A DNA stretch of 64,000 nt from the NCBI RefSeq assembly GCF_036365525.1, contig NC_090389.1, positions 45,426,356 to 45,490,355 of the forward strand, read 5' to 3'. The position numbers and the translations under genes were made by a program. The notes beneath the pieces are model-generated. The model searched no databases and was not told where the DNA came from. It worked only from the letters and a program-made list of their open reading frames with translations. This document shows, one piece after another, positions 12,734 through 26,238 of the stretch (the first letter of the stretch is position 1; each line of letters opens with the position of its first letter). This DNA is from Heterodontus francisci. Taxonomy: Eukaryota.

Positions 12734-13015
12734 CAGCGCTATAGATTGTTTCTTTCATCAAAGCAGAAAAATGAATAAATTTCCATGTGCCAAATCATCC
12801 TGTCTTAAACCCAAATGTTGAAAGATGATACTCACATAAAATAGGAGGGTGCAGGGTATAACAGGTGGTGGACTTTCCTGAAGAGAAACTATGAACTTAA
12901 CGGGAGCAAAAAATTCTAGAATGGGAAGGAAAGTACTTGAATATGTTGGGCAGGTGAGAAGACAAGCTCATGTAAACCATATTTTCTATAATTTGCTCCA
13001 TATGTTATACTGAAG

Positions 13016-13434
13016 TTTTTTTTACTCTTTAATGGGATATGGGCATCGTTGGCAACGCCAGCATTTATTGCCCATCCCTAATTCCCATTGACAACTGAGA
13101 GGCTTGCTAGGCCATTTCAGAGGGCAGTTAAGAGGCAACCACATTGCTGTGGATCTGGACTCACATGTAAGCCAGACCAGGTAAGGGCAGCAGATTTCCT
13201 TCCCTAAAGGCCATTTAAAGGCCATTAGTGAACCAGATGGGTTTTTATGACAAATGATGTTGTTTCATGGCACCATTACTGAGACTAACTTTCAATTCCA
13301 GATTTTTAAAAATGAATTAATTGAATTTAAATTCCAGCAGCTGACATGGGATTTGAACCTGTGTCCCCAGGGCATTAGCCTGGGCCTCTGAATTACTAGT
13401 TCAGTGGCATTACCACTACACCACCACCTCCCCC
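13016..13434 (-). mobile_element. tRNA-derived SINE with CR1-Zenon tail (same family as 8121-8517)
   Basis: A box TGGTGTAGTGGT, B box GGTTCAAATCCC, same body and tail. Confidence 0.85.
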
Positions 13435-13584
13435 ACATTCAAGTTCAAGTTTAATATACAATCTTTTTTGCTGCAAAGACTAATTTTATGTAAAGATTTA
13501 AGGACTAGCACTCCTCCTTTATCCTAATGGAAGGAACCATTTATCAGTGTAGGTTCTAGCCTAGGTTTAGAATCGTAATAACAA

Positions 13585-14395
13585 TGGCATCTGTGGACAG
13601 AAAAGCAGAGTTAATGTTTCAGGTTGATGACCTTTCATCAGAGCTGGCAAAGATTAGAAATGTAATACTTTTTAACCAAGTGAAAAGTGGGGGGGGGAAG
13701 AAGAACAAGAAGGAAGGCCTGCGATAGGATGGAGGGCAGAAGACATTAAATAGCAATAGGTTTCATGGTGCAAAGCCAAGTGAAGAAACAAAAGATGTGT
13801 CTGAATGAGATGTAGATGACAGTATAGCAGCCATCCAAACGCAAAGTAAAGCGATTAATAAAGAAACAGGGGGAGGGGGGTGTGGGGGGGGAACCTGCAA
13901 AAAAAAATGAGAAAAGGAAAAAAAAGGGGGCAGAGTTTATGATCTAAAATTGTTGAACTCAGTGTTGAGTCTGGTAGGCTGTAAAGTGCACAGTCCAATG
14001 ATGAGGGCCTATTCCTCAAGTTTGCATTCAACTTCATTGGAACACTGTAGCAGGCTAAGGGCAGAAAGGTCAGAATGGGAGTAAGGTGGGGTGGAAGGTG
14101 AGGGGGACCTTATCATGGTTTTGGGAGAGAGGGGAAGGTGTGAAATAGACTGGATACAAACGAGGGCCCTGTCAACCACGGTTTGGGGGTGGGGGGGTGG
14201 AATTCCTTGATTGAGGAAAAGGGAAGATATATCGGAAGCACTAGTATGGAAGGTTGCAACAGAGACAGAGAAAATAGGAGAATGGAATCAAGTCCTTGCA
14301 GGAAGTAGGGGTGTGAGGAAGTGTAGCCCAGGTAGATGTAGTCCGTGGGCTTATCGTGAATTTTGGTTGATAGCTTTTCCCCAGAAATGGAGACT
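13585..14395 (-). mobile_element. Penelope-like element fragment (RT C-terminus and 3' end with decayed hammerhead), inverted arm
   Basis: Minus-strand HPTSCKDLIPFS motif; 13940-14090 mirrors 14925-15060; ctgatgaaaggtcatcaacctgaaacattaactc at ~13608-13642. Confidence 0.8.
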
Positions 14396-15462
14396 GACCT
14401 ATTTCACGGACTTCTGCTTTCACCCCTTTTCCTCCCTCCCAGAGACATGATAGGATTCCCCTTGTCCTCACCTTCCACCCCACCAGCCTCTGTATTCAAC
14501 GGATCATCCTCCGCCCTTTCCACCACCTCCAGCGTGATACCACCACCAAACACATCTTCCCCTCCCCTCCCATTTCAGCATTCCAAAGGGATCATTCCCT
14601 CCATGACACCCTGGACCACTCCTCAGTTACCCCCAAAACCCCTCCCTCTCCTAGGGCATGTTTCTATGCAAGCACAGGAGATGAACACCTGCCCTTTTAC
14701 CTCCTCCCTTCTCACCATCCAAGGCACCAAACTCTCCTTCCAAGTGAAACAGCAATTTATTTGTACTTCTTTCAATTTAGTATACTGTATTCACTGCCCG
14801 CAATGTGGTCTCTACACTGGGGAGACTAAACGCAGACTAGGTGACTGCTTTGCAGAACACCTCCGTTTAGTCTGCAAGTGCAACCCTGAGCTTCCTGTCA
14901 TTTGTCATTTTAATTTTCCACATTACTCCCATTCTGACTTTTCTGTCCTTGGCCTGCTACAGTGTTCCAATGAAGCTCAACACAAGCTCCAGGAATAGAC
15001 CTCATCTTACAACTGGACACTTTACAGCCTTCCGGACTCAACACTGAGTTCAACAATTTTTGATAATAACCTCTGCTCCCATTTTCCCCCATTTTTTTTA
15101 GTCTTTTTGTGGGTTCCTCCCCCTTGTTTCTTTCATATCCCCTTAACTTTGTGTTCGTAAGGCTACTGTACTGTCATCTACACCTCATCCCGACACATCT
15201 TTTGTTTCTTGACTTGGTTTTGTGTTTTTGATTCATGAAACCTGTTGTCATTTATTGTCTTCTGCCCTCCACCCTTTCACAGACCTTCTTTTTTGCTCTT
15301 CTTCCCACCCCTGCCCCCTATTCACTTGCTCAAAGTCTATTACATTTCTAATTTTTGCCATTTCTGGTGAAAAGTCACAGACCTGAAAGGTTAACTCTGC
15401 TTTTCTCTCTACAGATGTTGCCTGACCTGCTGAGTATTTCCAACATTTTCTGTTTGTGTTTT
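14396..15462 (+). mobile_element. Penelope-like element 3' part with GIY-YIG endonuclease remnant
   Basis: FICTSFNLVYCIHCPQCGLYTGETKRRLGDCFAEH...CHFN in ORF 14363-14998; terminal decayed hammerhead at 15362-15397. Confidence 0.88.
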
Positions 15463-15589
15463 AGAATTGTAATGTTCAGTCGTCATTGTATACCAAGTGA
15501 AATTACAAAGAATTTGTGAATTTTACAAATATGTTTTCAATACAGTGTACTGGCAAATTATTCTCACTTATCTTCAGGGAAAATGTTTT

Positions 15590-16843
15590 TAAAAAATTAT
15601 TCATTCATGGGATGTGGGCATCGCTGGCTATGCCAACATTTATTGCCCATCCCTAATTGCCCTTGAGAAGGTGGTGGTGAGCCGCCTTCTTGAACTGCTG
15701 CAGTCCATGTGAGGTAAGTACACTCACAGTGCTGTTAGGAAAGGAGTTCCAGAATTTTGGCCCAACGACAGTGAGGGAACGGCAATATAGTTCCAAGTCA
15801 GGATGGCGTGTGACTTGGAGGGGAGCTTGGTGGTGTTCCCAGGCATCTGCTGCCCTTGTCCTTCTAGGAGGTAAAGGTCACGGGTTTGGAAGGTGCTGTC
15901 CAAGGACCCTTGGTGCGTTGCTACAGTGCATCTTGTAGCTGGTACACACAGCTGCTACTGTGTGTCGGTGGTGGAGGGAATGAATGTTTGTGGATAGGAT
16001 GCCCTCTAATCCTTCTACCAATCACCTTAAATCTGTTCCCCTGGTAATTGACCTCTCCACTAGGGGAAACAGGTCCTTCCTGTCTCATCCTCAATGATGC
16101 CAGAGTCCAGCACATCAGTGCAAAAGATAAGGCTGAAGCATTTGCAAAAATCAGTAGGTGGCAATCTGCAGGAAGTTTCCTTGCCCATGTTTGGCCTGAT
16201 GCCATGAGACATCATGGGGTCTGGAGACAATACTGAGGACTTCCAGAGCAACTCCCTCACGCCTGTATACCACTGCCGCCACCTCTGCTGGGTCTGTCCT
16301 GCCGGTGGGACAGGACATACGCAGGAATGGTGATGGCAGTGTCTGGGACATTGGCTGTGACGTCTGAATCCGGAAGTATGACTATATCAGCTGTTGCTTG
16401 ACTAGTCTGTGGGACAGCTCTCCCCACTTTGGCACAAGCCCCCAGATGTTAGTAAGGAGGACTTTACAGGGTCAGCCATTGTCGTTTTCTGTACCTGGGT
16501 TGATCCGTCTGGTTTCACTCCTTATTGATTTTGTAGCAGTTTGATACAACTGAGTGGCTTGCTAGGCATTTCAGAGTCAACCACGTTGTTGTGGGTCTGG
16601 AGTCACATGTAGACCGAACCAGGAAAAGACAGCAGATTTCCTTCCCTAAAGGACATTAGTGAACCAGATTTTTTTTTTAAATGACAATTGTTTCACAGTC
16701 ATCACTCGACTAGCTTTTAATTCCAGATTTATTAATTGAACTTAAATTCCACCTTCTACTATGGTGGGATTTGAACCCACGCCCCCAGAACAATCCCCTG
16801 GGTTATTAGTCCAGTGACAATACCACTACACCACCACTTCCCC
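15590..16843 (-). mobile_element. Internally deleted CR1-Zenon-like LINE with a tRNA-derived head directly upstream of the APE endonuclease
   Basis: Head 16549-16843 (A box 16822-16833, B box 16766-16777). APE N-terminus VLLTNIWGLVPK...ELSHRLVKQQ...VSWHQAKHGQGNFL at ~16150-16470. Tail at 15590-15995. Small CR1 piece at ~16000-16080. Confidence 0.8.
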
Positions 16844-18542
16844 TTGAGCATCATTTTATTTTCTTATTTCATCTCCCTTTCCTGTTCGAGAAGAGGTTTC
16901 ATCGTCATATATCCATCAGATTAATGCCTGTAGGTAGAATTGGCATTCTGACAGTCTCCTATTTAACTTTGCCACTGCGCTGACCTCTTTTTATGACTCC
17001 TTTCTTCCTTATGACTGCATCTGGTCATAGATTTACTGCTTCAGTCCTGCAATTATAACCCCAGTTGTTATTGGTACTGTATAAATCTTCAGTTTTATGT
17101 AGAGCTTCATCAGTTGGTTTTCACAAGCATTTCTTTACACTCATTACTTGGTCCATGGTGATATTTTTACAAGTTTCATTAGAGGACTATCCATCTCGGA
17201 CACTGATGCTCATTTAAGAGTTGCCTTGATATGTCATGTTCATTCAGATTTTCTGCATTGCTCTTATTTCAAAGTGTTAAGTGGCAAAGCCAACATAGTT
17301 GCTTTTATGACTCTTTTATACTTCTTATGACTAGTAAGTGAAATGTCAAGTGGCCTGATGTGTGTACGTTCCATGTCTAAATTTACGACATTTTTATAAT
17401 GGTCATTTTCCATAACATTGAATTGTAAATTGGATACAAAATTTGTGTATTTGTTGCAAACCCCGATCTTTTATACCTTGGTAAAATCAGCCAAAACTTT
17501 ATAATTAATGGGCCATGTGACTGGAAATTAATTCAATATAGCTTACATCAATATTGTAAGCTAAATAAATAGACTGAACATACCATCAAATCACATGACC
17601 AAAAATGGGCAAATCAGTTTGATGAATTTGTTAGAAGATAAATTGCTGATTAAAAAGAATACAAGTCACCTTTACCGATCAATTTGCTCATCTAGAAAAT
17701 GATTCCTCACATTTAATAGCTGAGCAATGACTTATATTTCCAGCTGAATGCAAATCAAAGGAAAGCAACAAAGCTCCTACATATTATATTTTGCAATACT
17801 TAAATAGGACTTTAATCAGGTAGGTTCAATGGAATTATATAAGCTCATGCCAGAAGCTCAATCATGTAAAAAAGTTAAATGGATTTAATTAGCGTTTATA
17901 TATGCAAGTATTGAAACAAAATAAAGAACATAGCCAAAAAACTAATCGAAACAGGCACGTACATTGGACTGAGTTATTTTTTCCTGCATGGGTTATGTAG
18001 TTAGAGATCTATGTGAAAGATAGTGCACTAATGCCATCTACTGTCCTCAGAATCAATACTGAGAACAGTTACAAGATTTCTTACTGTTCCTGATATGATC
18101 CAAGAATAGATCAAACCACAAATGACAGCAGTTTAACAGTATTTTCAGGTCAATCACATAGATTTGAGTCATTTTCTTTATTTTTTCTGCATAGCTTTTT
18201 TGTTTCCAAATGAAACACATCACTGAAATGACCAATTAATTAAATTGCTTTACATTCTTATATATTTGTATTCAATGTTATTAGATTCTGACTACATTGT
18301 GTTGCTAGTGTTTATATTGTTTTGCAATTCTTATTGTATTGTCCTCTCTGGCTGACGCATCTATGACTACACTGATAACTCATGCTATTGCTCACTATGC
18401 AATCTCCCTTAAGTAGTACAGAGACCTTTCATTGATGCATTATCTACCAGTACCTCAGTTTAAGTAGTCATGGCCAAAGTGTCCTCTGTCCCTACATTAT
18501 TGCTGGTGGAAGAATATTCTGGTGACAACTAATGCACTAGAT

Positions 18543-19781
18543 TGTTACGACCAGGTGAGGAAGGGGCCTCAGGCGCACCTTTCGCCCCTTCTCTGGTTTG
18601 ACTGCAACAGGGTTTATCTTTTTAACACAATGATTTAACTTACCACCTCAGTGAGCACTTGCTCCTGTTCCTCTAATATATAATGGCAAATGTACCAATC
18701 AGAGAGGTATTCTTGTGTTTAAACTAGAATTAACCCTAACACTCTAAACTGATTAAAAATTACTAAAATACGCTATGCATCCATGCCCACATTCTCACAA
18801 GAGCCACACATACACACAAATAGATTACAGAGGGAAAAACAGAGTTGGGAGGTTTAGTTTAGTTTAGAGATACAGCACTGAAACAGGCCCTTCGGCCCAC
18901 CGAGTCTGTGCCAACCATCAACCACCCATTTATACTAATCCTACACTAATCCCATATTCCTACCAAACATCCCCACCTGTCTCTATATTTCCCTACCACC
19001 TACCTATACTAGTGGCAATTTATAATGGCCAATTTACCTACCAACCTGCAAGTCTTTTGGCTTGTTGAAGTAAAGTCCGTAATAAATTGAACTTAAATAC
19101 TGAGTCTCAGTGTCTTTAGGTGAAATTGCAGTCCTGAAGTCCTCGCTGGGCCATGTGCACAGTTCGGGCTTGCTCCTCAGGTTCCAGAAGGCAGAAGAAG
19201 GGCTTTATTCATATTCCCTGGTTGTTGACTGTAAGGATCTGTAGATTTGAGGCTTGGTAGATGCAGCCAAAGCTTCCCTGGGACTTTACTGGAGAGGGGG
19301 AGGCAGAGATGCCTTCTTGCTGGATCTCAGTTACCGACTGACTCCTGAGTCACCACTCACAAATCTCCAGAGTGGCCCAAGCAGTCATGTGATGTGACCA
19401 CCTCTTTGTCTGAAATGGAAGCTTCTGGAAAAAGATCTTTGAAATTTAAGGTTCTCCTCGCAAGCTGTTCAAACATACTTGGTAGGGGGGGTTTGGCTCT
19501 TTCAAAGTCAATGGGTGTCAATGGCTTTTGACAACCCCCATTGATAAAGCTATCCCAGATAAGTGAATCAGAGAGCACACCATTGTTCTGGCTAAACTGG
19601 ATAATCACCTCTGCCTCCATCTGGCCTTTGGCTTCTCATGTGCAAATTGTGTGTGGCCATCTTGGCTGCTCACTATTCTGTTTTTTAAAAGTTATTTGGA
19701 ACAATCTCTGTAAAAGTCTCAGGCAAAGTTCCACATGATGAAATGAATATTTTCCATTTGGCATGTGGGATCCTCGTCACA
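18543..19781. mobile_element. Solo LTR
   Basis: TGTTACGACC...GTCACA termini; 4-bp TSD AGAT (18539-18542, 19782-19785); ends similar to 56877-57811. Confidence 0.88.
18852..19062 (-). mobile_element. 5'-truncated V-SINE (HE1-like) inside the solo LTR
   Basis: (tttag)n tail then agatacagcactgaaacaggcccttcggcccaccgag; matches 22340-22660. Confidence 0.85.
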
Positions 19782-19807
19782 AGATATTGTAGATACTATA
19801 GTCCACA

Positions 19808-21918
19808 TTTTTTTTTATTCATTCAGGGGTGTGGGCATCACTGACTAGGCCAGCATTTATTGCCCATCTCTCATTGCCCTTGAGAAGGTGGTGGTGAGCT
19901 GCCTTCTTGAACCGCTGCAGTCCATTTGGGGTAGGTATACCCACAGTGCTGTTAGGAAGGGAGTTCCAGGATTTTGACCCAGTGACAGTGAAGGAACAGC
20001 GATATAGTTCCAAGTCAGGATGGTGTGTGACTTGGAGGGGAACTTGCAGGTGGTGGTGTTCCCATGCATTTGCTGCCCTTGTCCTTCTAGTTGGTAGAGG
20101 TCACGGGTTTGGAAGGTGCTGTCTAAGGAGCGTGGTGCATTGCTGTAGTGCATCTTGTAGATGGTACACACTGATGCCACTGTGCGTCTGTGGTGAAGGG
20201 AGTGAATGTTTGTAGATGGGGTGCCAATCAAGCGGGCTGCTTTGTCCTGGATGGTATCGAGCTTCTTGAGTGTTGTTGGAGCTACACCGATCCAGGCAAG
20301 TGGAGAGTATTCCATCACACTCCTGACTTGTGCATTGTAGATGGTGGACAGGCTTTGGGGAGTCAGGAGATGAGTTACTCGCCTCAGGATTCCTAGCCTC
20401 TGACCTGCTCTTGGTATTTATATGGCTACTCCAGTTCAGTTTCTGGTCAATGGTAGCCCCTAGGCTGTTGATAGTGGGGGATTCAGTGATGGTAATGCCA
20501 TTGAATGTCAAGGGGAGATGGTTAGATTCTCTCTTGTTGGAGATGGTCATTGCCTGGCATTTGTGTGGCGCGAATGTTACTTGCCACTTATCAGCCCAAG
20601 CCTGGATATTTTCCAGGTCTTGCTGCATTTCTACACCGACTGCTTCAGTATCCGAGGAGTCACAAATGGTGCTGAACATTGTGCAAACATCAGCGAACAT
20701 CCCCACTTCTGACCTTATGATTGAAGGTAGGTCGTTGATGAAGCAGCTGAAGATGGTTGGGCCTAGGACACTACCCTGAGAAACTCCTGCAGTGATGTCC
20801 TGGAGCTCAGATGATTGACCTCCAACAACCACAACCATCTTCCTTTGCGCTAGGTATGACTCCAGCCAGCGGAGGGTTTCCCCCTGATTCCCATTGACCT
20901 CAGTTTTGCTAGGGCTCCTTGATGCCATACTTGGTCAAATGCTGCCTTGATGTCAAGGGCAGTCACTCTCACCTCACCTCTTGAGATCAGCTCTTTTGTC
21001 CATGTTTGAACCAAGGCTGCAATGAGGTCAGGAGCTGAGTGGCCCTGGCGGAACCCAAAATGAGCGTCACTGAGCAGGTTATTGCTAAGCAAGTGCCGCT
21101 TGATGGCACTGTTGATGACACCTTCCATTACTTTACTGATGATTGAGAGTAGGCTGTTGGGGCGGTAATTGGCCGGGTTGGACTTGTCCTGCTTTTTGTG
21201 TACAGGACATACCTGGGCAATTTTCCACATTGCTGGGTAGATGCCAGTGTTGTAGCTGTACTGGAACAGCTTGGCTAGGGGCGTGGCAAGTTCTGGAGCA
21301 CAAGTCTTCAGTACTATTGCCGGAATGTTGTCAGGGCCCATAGCTTTTGCAGTATCCAGTGCCTTCAGTCGTTTCTTGATATTGGCTGAAGTCTGGCATC
21401 TGTGATGCTGGGGACTTCAGGAGGAGGCCGAGATGGATCATCAACTCGGCACTTCTGGCTGAAGATTGTTGCAAATGCTTCAGCCTTGTCTTTCGCACTG
21501 TTGTGCTGGGCTCCCCCATCATTGAGGATGGGGATATTTGTGGAGCCACCTCCTCCAGTTAGTTGTTTAATTGTCCACCACCATTCACGGCTGGATGTGG
21601 CTGGACTGCAGAGCTTAGGTCTGATCCGTTGGTTATGGGATCGCTTAGCTCTGTCTATCGCTTGCTGCTTACACAGTTTGGCACGCAGATAGTCCTGTGT
21701 TGTAGCTTCACCAGGTTGCCAACTCATTTTGAGGTATGCCTAGTGCTGCTCCTGGCATGCCCTCCTGCACTCTTCATTGAACCAGGGTTGGTCTCCTGGC
21801 TTGATGGTAATGGTAGAGTGGGGGATATGCCAGGCCATGAGGTTACAGATTGTGGTTGAGTACAATTCTGCTGCTGCTGATGGCCCACGGCGCCTCATGG
21901 ATGCCCAGTTTTGCATTG
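19808..21918 (-). mobile_element. CR1-Zenon-like LINE, 5'-truncated, frameshifted RT
   Basis: GPDNIPAIVLKTCAPELA, NPANYRP, ALDIKAAFD, GVSQGSVLGP, MFADV, MEYSPLAW. Confidence 0.92.
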
Positions 21919-22099
21919 CATATGTCTACTTCCTCATCAATAGACCACCGGCTATTTGTTCCACATTATCTGCTTTAACTTTAAAAGAAGACAACAGGAT
22001 GTTGATTTTCTATAAGGAATGGACAGCGAAAGGCCGCGAATATCTTTTTTTATAACATCCAATGTTCTCCCTTTCTCTTTTAGTGAAATTTCAAAATAT

Positions 22100-23090
22100 A
22101 AATCATAAAATCATAGAATTTTACAGCAGAGAAGGAGGCCATTCAGAAGAAGTTTTGAACGAGCTACTCCCCTGCACTTTTCCCATTGCCCTGAAATGTT
22201 CTGCCCTTCAAGTTTTTATTCAATTCTCTTTTGAAAGTTATAGTTGAACCTGCTTCCCCTACTTTTCAGGCAATGCATTCCAGATCAGTATAACTATCTG
22301 CATAAAAAGATTTCTCCTCATCTGACCCTGGCTCTTTTGACAGTGGCACAGTGGTTAGCACCGCAGCCTCACAGCTCCAGGGACCCGAGTTCAATTCTGG
22401 ATACTGCCTGTGTGGAGTTTGTAAGTTCTCCCTGTGACCGTGTGGGTTTTAGCCGGGTGATCCAGTTTCCTCCCACCGCCAAAGACTTGCAGGTGATAGG
22501 TAAATTGGCCATTGTAAATTGCCCCTAGTGTAGGTAGGTGGTGGGGAATATGGGATTTCTGTAGGGTTAGTATAAATGGGTGGTTGTTGGTTGGCACAGA
22601 CTCGGTGGGCCGAAGGGCCTGTTTCAGTGCTGTATCTCTAAATAAAAAAAATAAATAAATCTCTGTCCTCTGGTTATCAACCCTTCTGCCACTGGATATA
22701 GTTTCTCCCTACTTACTCTATCAAACCCTTCAAAATTTTGAACACCTCCATTAAATTGCCCCTTAACCTTTTCTGCTCTAAGGATAACAATCCCGGTATT
22801 TCCAGTTTCTCCACATAACTGAAATCCCTCATCCCTGGTACTATTCTAATATGTTTCCTCTGCACACTCTCCAAGGCCTTTCTAAAATATGGTGCCAACA
22901 TTTAGGCACAATACTCCAACAGAGATGCAACCAGTGATTTATAAAGCTTCACCATAACTTCTTTGTTAATAGCCTTATCAACTTGGCCTGCCACCTTCAA
23001 AGATTTCGGTACACAAATCCCCACGTATTTCTTCAAAATAGAACTGTTTATTTTATATTGTCTCACCTCATTCTTTCTTGTCACTTTTCT
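22100..23090 (-). mobile_element. CR1 LINE 3' fragment interrupted by a V-SINE
   Basis: ALESVQRKHIRIVPGMRDFSYVEKLE; LYKSLVASLLEYC. Confidence 0.8.
22340..22660 (+). mobile_element. V-SINE (HE1-like)
   Basis: A box gtggcacagtggtt, B box gagttcaattct, V-domain ctgtgtggagtttg...tttcctccca, CR1 tail gggccgaagggcctgtttcagtgctgtatctcta, A-rich end. Confidence 0.9.
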
Positions 23091-25799
23091 CATTGTTACC
23101 CACATGTAATCGTGTAAATTGTGGAAATTTCAATCTATTGAGAAAGAGGCATGATGCCCTTAATTATACATAATTCTCTATCTTCTCAACTTCCACTCGT
23201 GTGCTGAGCAGAAATTGCTGAGAAATAGGCCATTGCATTTATTTCAGTTTTTGTGCTGCCCTTTAATTGTATAAGTTGAGGCAGTGTAAAATCCAATCAA
23301 TTGTCCATCCCTACCATCCCTGCAATCAATTGTCCATCCTCTGGAGCCTTCTGGGCATCATGACACTTCTACTCACCCCATTCCTAGATGCCCGTATCAG
23401 GGTATTAGCATATTTTGAGCAGATATCCAACGTCCTTTTCAGTGCAATTGGAGTGCCTACTTCACTAGAGGACATCTTCTCGCAGAGTAATGGTCATACT
23501 ATGCTGCTCAATGATCTTGCACTCCATTTCTGAATGCACCAGATTCCCAATAATTAATTGTCATAGGGAAACCAGCCTTTTGTAAATGGCACTGGCCCTA
23601 TTTCTGATATGGATAGGAATTCCAACCAATAATATAATTCCAATAGTCCCGCTTCTTGTTATGAGGTCCACGCAGAACGGGGTAGATGCAAGACAAGTCT
23701 GTCCCCACTTCTGATGGAACTTTAAAATGCAACAAGAAGTGGGTGCTTAGCATCATTTAAGTACTGCACCAAATTTCTTCCCTCACCCAGATTATACAAT
23801 TGAATGTTTTAATCTCTGTGAAGCTTTGAGATGCTTTTCTACATTAAATGTACTATAAAAATGTAAGCTGATGCTTTTATTATACTGTACATCTCTTTCA
23901 CTTCTCTCCTATTATATACAGTAAAGCTGGGGTCCATTTGTTCTCCAAGGTACCTCCCTGTTGAAAACAAATCAAAGGATTTTCACTTTCTTCAGTCATC
24001 CATGCCACTTACTTTTAATCTGACATGATCTGGGAATGCTAACTTTCCATTTCTATCCCAGTTCCAATTCCATGCAATGCTTTGTAGCCTATTTGGAAAC
24101 AATTTTTATGAGTCTGGTGGTATTTATATATCAATTCCATCTCTGACCACTAGATGACTCTATTATAGTTTTAACAAATTGAAGTTCTTAAAACATAACA
24201 TCTCTTAGCATACTCCATTTTACATTATGTTATCACTAGGCAAACAGAATATGATTTATTACCAAAGGTCAAATGCTTAATTTCCTGCTGTAAAACTGTT
24301 TAATTTGGGTGATTATATCCAGCATTTTAATGGATACCTAAATTGGCTGTTAGTTTTAAGATGTGAAAAGATGATAAATCAGAAGGATAATTACCCACAT
24401 TTACCAATCAAATAATCTTAATGGTTGCACAAGATGTTTTCCCATAAATGTTCATCCCATTGATCCTAAAGAGGACCTAGATATATCCTGATGAAATTCT
24501 GGTCTGGTATTTGAAAAGTGAACATATTTCTCCAATAAGTGTGATTGTTAATAAAAGAAACACTAAAAGGTACAAAACACAATATTTGAATAGATGAAAT
24601 GTTAAAAATATCTATGTTCATTCAACAGCTCTCTGAAACTGTACAGGCAGTAGCTTCATATGTAGCTAAAGTATAATAATTAATTGAGTGCCATTAATCA
24701 TTTAGAATAGTCACCAAATCCACATTGTAACTACAGGCTTTGGAGAGTTTATTTTGGTTGTCAATTGGCAAGGCACTATGTTTGAATTTCTCTCTCTTTT
24801 ACATACAGGGCAGCAATATGCTATCTCAAGTCATTTCTCAGATAAGTCAATAGTCAAAATGTGTAAGAGGATTATAAATACGAATTTATTTAAACCAAGA
24901 AAATTATATTACATTAAAAAATAACTTTTATTTCTGTACCTAAAATGTATTACAATTTTATTAAATTATTGAAGAACTGCTGGAACTTAATAAATGTTTC
25001 CTTTTGTAAGATGTCCTTTTTTATATTTTAATAACAGACTTTAGAAATTTGCACAAAACTAGCATTTGCGTCTTTGGAAGAAAATTGAAAGCTGACAATA
25101 AAACAGTGTAACTGAAGATGAAGTCTCACCAACCAGAATGACTGATTCTTGATAAAACATGCTCTGACTTTTTAATTTTGTTCTTTCACTCTGTGCTGCA
25201 ACTCCTTCCTGAAGCCTAAAGCCCAAATGAGATTGCTAAGTGATGGAGTGGAAAGAATATGAACAGAATATTTTATATATTGTTCAAACATAGCCTGAGT
25301 ATCAGCATTTTGTTTTGAGATAAGACTTTTATCTTGAGCACTGATGAGAAAGGATGGTGAGGCAATATTCAAACGGTTCCTTTTTACTTCAGCTGGTGTA
25401 AGAGATAAAACTCTTATCTTGCCATAAAATGCCAGACCTCAGCATATAAATCTATTATAAATCCTGAAATCTAAATTATTTTCCCTTCCTAACATTCCAA
25501 TAGTCTTTCCAAGAAAAACCACACCAGTGTTGTTGAATGTTTCAATTTAATGAATGCACTACAAAAGCAAAGGATCATCTGTTTTCTTTGTCAATTTTTG
25601 TTGTTGTTTTACTCAGCTAATATTGAATAATTGGTTAATATCAAATACTATTTAGGATATTATTCTGCACTTATACACAAGAACCTTTGCGTTCAAGCAC
25701 CATCATTTACAAGCAGTGTACTAACTGATGAAAGTCAACGTGTTGTCTAGATACAATTTCCTATTGAAATATCTGATATAAAAGGGTGTAATTATAAGA

Positions 25800-26205
25800 C
25801 TAGCCTTGTATTTTCTTGAGTACAGAAGATTAAAGGATGATCTAATTGAGGTGTTTAAGATGATTAAAGAAGTTGATGGGGTAGATAGAGAGAAACTATA
25901 TCCTCTCATTGCGGAGTTCAGAACAAACCGTAAAATTAGAGCTAGGCCATTCAGGGAAAATACCAGGATACACTTATTCCCACAAAAAATAGTGGAAATC
26001 TGGAACTCTGTCCCTCAAAAATCTGTTCAGGCTAGGTCAATTGAAAATTTAAAATCAGACTGATAGATTTTTGTTAGACAAGAGTATGAAGAATTATGGA
26101 ACTAAGAAAGATAGATGGAGTTAAGATACAGATCAGCCATGATCCAATTGAGTAATGGAACAGGTTTGAGTGGCTGAATGGCCGACTCCTTTTCCTACAT
26201 TCCTA
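25800..26205 (+). mobile_element. CR1 LINE 3' end
   Basis: LEYRRLKDDLIEVFKMIK...VEIWNSVP followed by the tail. Confidence 0.85.
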
Positions 26206-26238
26206 AGTCTATCAACTATGAAAGTCTCTTCTTAATAT

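Noticed and set aside
23105-23790. Possible old MITE remnants (similarly 46190-46480)
   Set aside because: No matching TIR pair or TSD could be established.
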